NCBI GenBank assembly: GCA_035437465.1
Contig: DAOMYF010000003.1
Coordinates: forward strand, 391 to 64,390
Reading direction: 5' to 3'
DNA length: 64,000 nt
From: Bryobacteraceae bacterium
Lineage (GTDB): Bacteria; Acidobacteriota; Terriglobia; Bryobacterales; Bryobacteraceae
Of this stretch, positions 57,634-64,000 are shown piece after piece (the first letter of the stretch is position 1; every line of letters begins with the position of its first letter). Under the pieces are notes generated by a model. The model had not been told where the DNA came from and made no database searches. It saw only the letters and a list, made by a program, of their open reading frames with translations. The translations under genes were made by a program, and so were the position numbers.

Positions 57634-58008
57634 TTGAGTGTGGGCCGCAAGAAGCCAGCCGGGGCCGCCGCCGGGAAGGTTCTGGACGAGCGGATCACGC
57701 TTCGTGCTCCCAGGTCTGGTGCAACGCTGCGGGAAGAGGTTTGGCAGGACTCCGATGGAACGGTTGTCCGCTACAACTTGGCGTACATCAATCCTCGACG
57801 CTGCAGGCTGGATCATGGCCGGGTGCTCGGCTACGACAATCGCCATGGCTACCATCATCGTCACTTCGTCGGACGGGTAGAGCCCGTTGAATTTGACGAT
57901 TACGCGGCCTTGTCCAGGCGATTCCAGGCTGAAGTTCATGAACTGTGGAGGCTCGAAGATGAAGAGGAAGAAAAGACCGGACGTCATTATTGGTACGGGA
58001 ACGAGTGA
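57634..58008 (+). CDS. Small His-rich protein resembling the family I recall as DUF6516 (TumE-like putative toxin)
   Basis: 124 aa. The motif RVLGYDNRHGYHHRHF resembles the R-x-DN-x-H...HH-x-H signature of that family. The tail is acidic. Start is uncertain (TTG 57634 or GTG 57640; no clear Shine-Dalgarno). Confidence 0.55.
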   Translation: MSVGRKKPAGAAAGKVLDERITLRAPRSGATLREEVWQDSDGTVVRYNLAYINPRRCRLDHGRVLGYDNRHGYHHRHFVGRVEPVEFDDYAALSRRFQAEVHELWRLEDEEEEKTGRHYWYGNE

Positions 58009-58345
58009 AGAGTTCTTCGCCAGGTCCTTGGCCCGGGCCCGGAAACTCGACCGCGGCGAGCCACTGGCCGAAGAAATCAGGATCACCTTTGAGGATCCTG
58101 CGGACCTCCTCCGATTGCTGACCGAACAACGGGTCCGGGTACTCAACGCCGTTCGCCGCCAGCCCTCCGGGGTCTCCGATCTCGCCAGACTCCTCAATCG
58201 AGACCGCTCCGCGGTCGACCGGGACGTCAAGGTGCTCGCCGAGTTCGGACTTGTCCGGACACACGAACAGGTCAACCCCGGCCACGGCCGCAAAAGGGTA
58301 GTGGAGCCGCTCGCTGCCCGCTTTGAACTGACGGCGACGATCTAG
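57959..58345 (+). CDS. Winged-helix DNA-binding protein (MarR/ArsR-like; putative antitoxin/regulator)
   Basis: ATG 57959 has GGAGG 7 nt upstream and lies 50 nt inside the preceding ORF. The HTH region reads LLRLLTEQRVRVLNAVRRQPSGVSDLARLLNRDRSAVDRDVKVLAEFGLV. Confidence 0.6.
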   Translation: MKRKKRPDVIIGTGTSEEFFARSLARARKLDRGEPLAEEIRITFEDPADLLRLLTEQRVRVLNAVRRQPSGVSDLARLLNRDRSAVDRDVKVLAEFGLVRTHEQVNPGHGRKRVVEPLAARFELTATI

Positions 58346-58346
58346 G

Positions 58347-59771
58347 CTAGGCCGGCGGGGTCGGCTTCTCGGCTCCCGTCAGACCCTGGTCGGCGGTCGC
58401 GGGGTCGTAGTTCGGGTTTGGATCGGGCATCAGAGCGTTGGTTTGCATGCGCCAATTGCGCAGTTTGGTGTGCATCTCGCGTGCTTTTTGCGCGTTCTTT
58501 CGCACCAGATTGACGGTTTCGCCCGGGTCCTCCTTCAGGTTGAACAGTTCCAGACGGCCATCTTCGTAGAACTCGATCAGCTTCCAGTCGCCCATCCGGA
58601 TGGCGCCTCCGGGCACACCGCCCTGGTTCGAATAGTGCGGATAGTGCCAATAGATCGCCTCCCGGGCGGGTGCAGTACCGCCGCGCAGCAGGGGGGCGAG
58701 GCTGACGCCATCCACCGGTCTCGGCGGCTTCATGCCCGCCATTTCGAGCAGAGTCGGGAAGAAGTCCACCGAACTGACCGGAGTGTCCACCGCCCGGCCT
58801 GGCTGGGTGATGCCAGGCCAATGAATATAAAGGGGTTCCCGGATTCCACCTTCGTACAGGTGCCCCTTGCCGGCCCGCAGCGGGGCGTTCGACGTCACCA
58901 GGCGTTTTCCGCCTCCTTCGTAGCGCAGACCGCCGTTGTCGGAGAAGAAGACAATCACGGTATCGCGAGCAAGTCCTGATTCTTCAAGGGTTTTCCGAAC
59001 CGCCGCCACGGAATTGTCCAGGCTTTCGACCATCGCCGCGTAGGTTGGCTCCGGAAACGTCCTGCCGCCCAGGCGTGCCTGGTACTTCTCGACCAGCGTC
59101 GCGCGCGCCTGGAGCGGAATATGCACGGTGTAGTGCGCAAAGTACATGAAGAACGGCTGTTCTCTGCGCTGTTTCGAGATAAAATTGCACGCTTCGGCGG
59201 TCAGGCGCTCGGTCAGTTCGTCGTCTTTCGATCCCGAAGGGAAGTTGGGCATGTCAAACGGCCCGAAGAACGACCGTGGCCCCCCCCGGTGATCTCCCGC
59301 GATGTTGACATCGAAACCCTGCTTTTCCGGTTCATAGCCCTGCCCGCCGAGGTGCCACTTGCCGACGTGCGCCGTCGAATATCCCTTTGTTTTCAATGCC
59401 TCGGCCAGCGTGACCTCTTCGAGACCCAACTGAAGCTTGTTTGGCGGAGTAATCACCGGGGCCGTGGGCCACTGGCGGCGCCCGGCGATCCAGTCCGTGA
59501 CTTTGAGCCGGGCCGGGTATTTGCCCGTCATGATCGAAGCCCGGGTGGGCGAACAGACGGGGCAGGCGGCGTAGGCGTTGGTGAACCGGACGCCGTCCCC
59601 GGCAAGTCGTTGCAGTGCGGGGGTTTCGTGGAAGGTGTTGCCGTCGGGGGTCAGGTCATGGGCGCCGAGGTCGTCTGCCAGGATGAAGATGAAGTTGGGC
59701 AGACGGGCAGGCTGGGCGGAGGCGGCGAGGCGCGCGGCGGGCAGGGAAGCGAGGAACTGGCGGCGGTTCAT
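58347..59771 (-). CDS. Tat/Sec-exported Cys-type sulfatase
   Basis: MNRRQFLASLPAARLAASA, NFIFILADDLG, the formylglycine motif CSPTRASIMTGKYP, and GKWHLG. Confidence 0.9.
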   Translation of the reverse strand: MNRRQFLASLPAARLAASAQPARLPNFIFILADDLGAHDLTPDGNTFHETPALQRLAGDGVRFTNAYAACPVCSPTRASIMTGKYPARLKVTDWIAGRRQWPTAPVITPPNKLQLGLEEVTLAEALKTKGYSTAHVGKWHLGGQGYEPEKQGFDVNIAGDHRGGPRSFFGPFDMPNFPSGSKDDELTERLTAEACNFISKQRREQPFFMYFAHYTVHIPLQARATLVEKYQARLGGRTFPEPTYAAMVESLDNSVAAVRKTLEESGLARDTVIVFFSDNGGLRYEGGGKRLVTSNAPLRAGKGHLYEGGIREPLYIHWPGITQPGRAVDTPVSSVDFFPTLLEMAGMKPPRPVDGVSLAPLLRGGTAPAREAIYWHYPHYSNQGGVPGGAIRMGDWKLIEFYEDGRLELFNLKEDPGETVNLVRKNAQKAREMHTKLRNWRMQTNALMPDPNPNYDPATADQGLTGAEKPTPPA

Positions 59772-59798
59772 GCGCCTTACTTTATCGCTTTTTGGGGG

Positions 59799-61670
59799 CT
59801 AATCGCGCGCGGGTTCGAGCCAGAGGACTTCGTAAGGCTCCAGGCTCAGGCGCAGGACGCCATTCTGGGCGCGGAAGAACCGGGCGGACAGCAGATCCCG
59901 CCAGAGTGTATAGCTGGTTTCCAGGCTGAAGCAGAGGGCGGCGGCCGTGACGTTGGTGAAACACCAGACGGGCGCATGGGTGTCGGGGTGGATCCGTTCG
60001 AGGGCGAAGACAGTGGGCGGCGACTCGATCACCCGCTGCGGGGCGTTCGGATGGAACGCGCGGTGCGAGATTCGCGCCGACAGCATGTCGCGAAAGCGGA
60101 CCATGACCTCGTGGTATGCGCTTTCGGGATTGGTCAGCCGCTCGAAGAGCCGTTCCTCGGTCACCAGTGTCCGGTTGATCGAGCGAGGTTCGTCCAACTG
60201 GCTGTGATCGGTGACACGGTCGAGGCTGCCGACGATCGCGGGCAGGTAAATGCCCGGAACGCCCTGCAAAACGAGCGCGATGGAGCGGGACGCGAGGTAG
60301 CGGGCCACCTGAAGCGGAATCGGGTCCACCGGATCGAAGCCGTTCAGAGCCTGATACCAGGGGATATTGAGTTCGTAGGGGGACTGGCGGCCCTGGCGGT
60401 CGGTCCGGTAGCCGACCAGACCGCCGTGAGCGATGGTGGTCTGGACGAGGTTGTCGATTTCGCGGTCGGACAGCACGCCGCGGCCGCCGAGCAGGCCGAT
60501 GCCATCGTGGGTATCAAGCATGTGGAGGATGGTGGTCTGATCCCCCGGGGTCTCCAGGTTGGCCGCCCAGCGATTGAGGCGGGTGCAGTCGCCGGCGAGG
60601 AAGGTGTGGAGGACGACGGGGGGCAGCGAGAAGTTGTAGACCATGTGCGCCTCATTCGTGCCGTCGCCGAAGTAGCTGAAATTGTCTTCCTGGGGGACGT
60701 TGGTCTCGGTAATCAGGACGGTGTGGGGCGCGACTTCGTCGAAAGCGGCACGGAAGAGGCGGATGATGGCGTGGGTCTGTTCGAGGTGGGCGCAGGTGGT
60801 GCCGAGTTCTTCCCAAAGGTAGGTGGCGGCGTCGAGGCGGATCAGGTCGGCGCCTTTCCGGACATAGAAGAGCAGTACGTCGAGCATCCGCAGCAGGACC
60901 TGCGGATTCCTGTAGTTGAGGTCGATCTGGTCCGGCGAAAAGGTGGTCCAGACCCAGCGGGTGCCGTTCAGGGTGTCGTATTTGGTCAGCACGTCGCTGA
61001 CCCTGGGACGCATGATCAGTTTCAGGTGTTCGGAACTGAGCCGGTCGCGCGTTTCAAAGCTGCGAAAGAAGTCGGCGTAGTCCGGATTGCCGTTCAGAAA
61101 CTCGCGGAACCACTCGCTTTCGGCTGAGATGTGGTTGACGACGCCATCGAACATCAGCCGGAAATTGCGGTGCATGGACCGGATTTCGCGCCAGGTGCCG
61201 AGCCGGGGATCGACCTGCTTGTAGTCGATCACCGAGAATCCGCGGTCGGAACTGTATGGAAAGAAAGGGAGGATGTGGACGGTGTTGATGACTCCGCGCA
61301 GGAACAGCAGCAGGATGTCGTGCAGGATTTCAAGCGGCGGCCGGTGGGATTTCGAAACGATCTCGCCGTAGGTAATCGCGATGACATCGCGCTCGGTCAA
61401 TCGTTCGCGGGGATCGAACCCGGCTTCCTGGGCAACCAGGGCGGGCGATTTGTAGGCGTGGTGGACCTGAAGAATCCGTTCGAGTTCCGGGTAGGTGGAG
61501 GCGGCAAGCCCGGGCCCGTAAAGGATTTCGAGCATCCGGAGCAACTGCGCCTTCCGGTCGCGGCCGATTTCGAGGCGGGGGCGGGCATAGTCCGGATGTT
61601 GCAGATACTCGGCCCGCGGGTTGACCGGATAACTGAGAAATGGAAGTTCCGCTTCGGAAAGGGAGGACAT
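59799..61670 (-). CDS. GH13 sucrose-phosphorylase-family sugar phosphorylase/transglucosylase
   Basis: LPFFPYSSDRGFSVIDYKQVDPRLG, FDGVVNHIS, GADLIRLDAATYLW and ITETNVP are the GH13 conserved regions I-III, in the form seen in sucrose or glucosylglycerate phosphorylases. Confidence 0.85.
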   Translation of the reverse strand: MSSLSEAELPFLSYPVNPRAEYLQHPDYARPRLEIGRDRKAQLLRMLEILYGPGLAASTYPELERILQVHHAYKSPALVAQEAGFDPRERLTERDVIAITYGEIVSKSHRPPLEILHDILLLFLRGVINTVHILPFFPYSSDRGFSVIDYKQVDPRLGTWREIRSMHRNFRLMFDGVVNHISAESEWFREFLNGNPDYADFFRSFETRDRLSSEHLKLIMRPRVSDVLTKYDTLNGTRWVWTTFSPDQIDLNYRNPQVLLRMLDVLLFYVRKGADLIRLDAATYLWEELGTTCAHLEQTHAIIRLFRAAFDEVAPHTVLITETNVPQEDNFSYFGDGTNEAHMVYNFSLPPVVLHTFLAGDCTRLNRWAANLETPGDQTTILHMLDTHDGIGLLGGRGVLSDREIDNLVQTTIAHGGLVGYRTDRQGRQSPYELNIPWYQALNGFDPVDPIPLQVARYLASRSIALVLQGVPGIYLPAIVGSLDRVTDHSQLDEPRSINRTLVTEERLFERLTNPESAYHEVMVRFRDMLSARISHRAFHPNAPQRVIESPPTVFALERIHPDTHAPVWCFTNVTAAALCFSLETSYTLWRDLLSARFFRAQNGVLRLSLEPYEVLWLEPARD

Positions 61671-61872
61671 GCGGTGATTCGGCCGGACCTGACGTCATCT
61701 TGTCACAATCCGGCGGAAGCGGGCAACGCGAGAGAGATTCCGTGAGCCGGTTCGCCCCCGGATCGCACTGTATATGGATGAAGCGCCCAGGTCCGAATGG
61801 CTTGAAAGAGCGGCGGGCCGGGTCTTGGCCAGATCGTCAGCCACGCGGGTTTCAGGCAAATGGCCAGAGTGT

Positions 61873-61938
61873 CCGGGGGAAGGCGAGGGCCGTCGCCGGA
61901 GGAGCGGCCTCTCGGAGGACTGACAGCCTTCCCCCCGG
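61873..61938 (-). terminator. Long GC-rich hairpin immediately after the VWA gene stop (possible terminator, no U-tract)
   Basis: CCGGGGGAAGGC (61873-61884) pairs with GCCTTCCCCC(C)GG (26-38), giving 12 bp with one bulge and a loop of about 41 nt that can itself fold. Abuts the stop codon at 61941-61943. Confidence 0.3.
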
Positions 61939-61940
61939 GG

Positions 61941-64000
61941 TCAGGTGCGGCGGAGTTTCCGCCAGGCGAGTTCGAGGAAGTTGAGCAGAAGGGCGAGGCC
62001 GATCAAGCCGGGCCAGAGGCGGAGGGAGGCGGGGACGGTTCGTCCACCCGGACTGAAGATGTCGCGGGGTTCGGGATTGACCTGGCCGCCGGTGTAGGCC
62101 GCGATCTGCGCCAGGAGTTGGGGGTTGTTGCCGAACGTCGATAACTCGGGTTCGGGCAGATAGAGGCCGGTCTCGGGAAACGCGCGCGATTCTTCGAGGG
62201 GCCGGACGCGGAACAGGCCCTGGCGGGCGCCGATCGGGACGCGGGCGCGGTAGTAGCCATCACCGGCGCGTTCGGCAGTGATCGTGCGCTGGAACCCGTC
62301 CGGACCGAGGGCGTAGAGAGCGGGAGGCTCGGCGGGGGCTTCGACGTGGGCGGCGAGGCGGTATTCGGCGAGCAGTTCGCCCTGGGTGGGGTCGTGGGTC
62401 AGGGTAGCCTCGCCGGACTGCGCGTTGGGCAGCAGATCGCGGACGACGTTCGTCCAGAACTTCGGATAGCCGGCCCAGCCGACCCAGCCTTCGGCCCAGC
62501 GGGCCTTGGCGTCGGAGGTGAAGACGGCGGCGCGGCCGAGGCCATACTGCCAGCGGGAGAGGAGCGGATCTTCTTCGTCGGGGGTGGAAACCAGAGTCAG
62601 GAGCGTATCGGCCTGAGGCTTGGCCTCGAAGCGGACATAGCCTTTCAATTCGGGTGCGCGCGCCAGATCAAGGCCCTGGAACAGTTCCGCCTGCCGTTTG
62701 ACGATGGCCTGAATCGGCTTTTCGACCGTGGTGGATCCGGTGTGCTCCATGACGTCACGGATCAGGATCTGGGCCAATTCTTCGGGATTGATGACGAAAT
62801 AGGCTTTGCCCTTGGCCAGATCGGCCACTTTTTGCAGGTAAGCGCGATTGACATCCTGGCCGAGGCCGACGGTGGAAATGGTGACCCTGTTCTGGGCGGC
62901 CGAGGTGGCGACTTCCATCGAGTTGCCCTCCTCGGCGATGCCGTCGGTGAGCAGAACGATGTGCTTGTAGGCGCCGGTGGCACGCTGCATCCGGTTGTAG
63001 GCTTCGGTGAGGGCGGGGGCGATCTGGGTGCCGCCGTCGGGCATGATGCCGGCGATCAGGCGTTTGATCAGCATCTGGTCCTCGGCGCGGCGCAGGGGGA
63101 CGGCCCATTCGTGGGAGTTATCGAAAATCAGGACGCCGATGTAGTCGATGGGGCGGAGGTTGTCGACCACGCCGATGGCGGCGACCCGCGCGAGTTCCAT
63201 CTTGCGGCCTTCCATGGACGAGCTTTTGTCGACGATGAGGATGACCGAGGTGCCTTCAGGGCTGCGCGGGGGCGCGACGACGGCGGGCAGTGTCCGTTCG
63301 AGGGGCGTAGGGGGTTGTCCCTTCCGCTCGACGTACAGGTTGCGTTCACCGCCGATGACGAGCAGGCCGCCGCCGCGCTGGACATAGCGCTCGATCGCCT
63401 CCTGCCCGGAGGGGGGGATGCTCTCGAAGTCGTAGTTGTTGAGGACGACAACCTGGAACTCATCGAGCCGGATCTGCTCCAGAGCGCGTCCGGTGGTGAT
63501 GTCGAAGCGGGCGCCGGCGAGCGTTTCGAGGAGGCTGGCTTCCATGCCCAACTCGGGTGGATCCATCGAGAGGTAGAGCAGGCGCGGGGTCCGCAGCGAG
63601 AGCGCCTGTTCAAAGCGGAGTTCGCCGAGTTTTCCGGCGCGGACGACGCCCGAGACATCGATGGCGCCCGCGGCGCCGACGGCGGCGGTCACGCGAACCT
63701 GGTTCAACCCTGGCAGCAGGGAGACGGGATTGGCGCCCAGGACCCGGCCTTCGGCGCTGATTTCGACCTGCGCGTCGACGGCCTCCGGACTTTCGACGGT
63801 CAATTCGATCGGGAACCGCTCACCGGTGAAGGCCACCGAGGGCAGGCGGAGCGATTCGAGCCGCAGCCTGGGTTCCGGACGCCCGTTCAGCACGAAGGTA
63901 TCGACGGGAATGCCCAACTGACGGGCCTGATAGGCGGCGCGGGCGGCCGAACCCATCGTTTCGCGGCCATCGGTGATCAGCACGAGACGCGGGACGAGGC
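61941..64000 (-). CDS. Large VWA-domain membrane protein (Bat/aerotolerance-like), N-terminus outside window
   Basis: VWA MIDAS-like motif VILIVDKSSSMEG...DGGTQIAPAL...LLTDGIAEEG, and a second upstream TDGRETMG segment. Has a C-terminal TM helix LWPGLIGLALLLNFLEL. The ORF is open to the window edge. Confidence 0.8.
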   Translation of the reverse strand, partial: LVPRLVLITDGRETMGSAARAAYQARQLGIPVDTFVLNGRPEPRLRLESLRLPSVAFTGERFPIELTVESPEAVDAQVEISAEGRVLGANPVSLLPGLNQVRVTAAVGAAGAIDVSGVVRAGKLGELRFEQALSLRTPRLLYLSMDPPELGMEASLLETLAGARFDITTGRALEQIRLDEFQVVVLNNYDFESIPPSGQEAIERYVQRGGGLLVIGGERNLYVERKGQPPTPLERTLPAVVAPPRSPEGTSVILIVDKSSSMEGRKMELARVAAIGVVDNLRPIDYIGVLIFDNSHEWAVPLRRAEDQMLIKRLIAGIMPDGGTQIAPALTEAYNRMQRATGAYKHIVLLTDGIAEEGNSMEVATSAAQNRVTISTVGLGQDVNRAYLQKVADLAKGKAYFVINPEELAQILIRDVMEHTGSTTVEKPIQAIVKRQAELFQGLDLARAPELKGYVRFEAKPQADTLLTLVSTPDEEDPLLSRWQYGLGRAAVFTSDAKARWAEGWVGWAGYPKFWTNVVRDLLPNAQSGEATLTHDPTQGELLAEYRLAAHVEAPAEPPALYALGPDGFQRTITAERAGDGYYRARVPIGARQGLFRVRPLEESRAFPETGLYLPEPELSTFGNNPQLLAQIAAYTGGQVNPEPRDIFSPGGRTVPASLRLWPGLIGLALLLNFLELAWRKLRRT

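Noticed and set aside
57600-58345. Claiming the TA-like pair is a clear low-GC genomic islet
   Set aside because: My hand counts of individual 60-nt lines gave about 48-60 % GC inside the pair. Lines in the flanking membrane-protein gene and the sulfatase 3' end gave about 52-57 %, so the contrast is not clean. A proper sliding-window calculation is needed.
59121-61127. 668-aa plus-strand ORF across the sulfatase / GH13 boundary
   Set aside because: It spans two well-supported minus-strand genes and their intergenic gap. Its composition is Gly/Val/Ala/Asp/Arg low complexity.
1-64000. CRISPR arrays, IS elements/transposases, integrases, prophage genes, rRNA
   Set aside because: Reading the intergenic regions, I noticed no regularly spaced direct repeats, no terminal inverted repeats flanking a transposase-like ORF, and no integrase, recombinase or phage structural motifs in any credible ORF. 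Absence is judged by eye only.

Overview
High-GC (roughly mid-60s %) bacterial chromosomal segment, densely coding on both strands. The gene content suggests an Acidobacteriota-like soil bacterium, but that is a low-confidence inference. It rests on a CarboxypepD_reg-type TonB receptor, a TIGR02999-like ECF sigma factor paired with a Ser/Thr kinase, and many Tat/Sec-exported sulfatases and Gfo/Idh/MocA oxidoreductases. I call about 60 protein genes. These include two conserved housekeeping blocks: rpmB-rpmG, and DUF1385-prfA-prmC-dinB followed by rplM-rpsI-rpsB-tsf-pyrH-frr. Other confident calls are ppk1, ispG, two ECF sigma modules, two Cys-type sulfatases, and transport and hydrolase genes. 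I found no rRNA, no intact tRNA, no CRISPR array, and no transposase or integrase. Because of the GC content, most long ORFs in the six-frame track are antisense or out-of-frame artefacts, and several real genes start well inside their maximal ORF. The most interesting observations are listed below.
- An operon (20.2-22.1 kb) of a NirJ/AhbD-like radical SAM-SPASM enzyme, a thioredoxin-like [2Fe-2S] ferredoxin and a HybD-type hydrogenase-maturation endopeptidase, with no hydrogenase gene anywhere in the window.
- An overlapping small-protein plus winged-HTH pair that looks like a toxin-antitoxin or defence module (57.6-58.3 kb).
- Two 203-aa secreted paralogues sharing an HExxH(x7)H motif (15.4 kb and 49.9 kb).
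- A translationally coupled ECF sigma / Ser-Thr kinase pair (38.6-41.7 kb).
- A membrane-anchored agmatine-deiminase/PPAD-like protein (43.9 kb).
- An orphan D-arm-less tRNA-like element downstream of ispG (26.9 kb).
All functional calls come from motif recognition by eye. None has been checked against a database.
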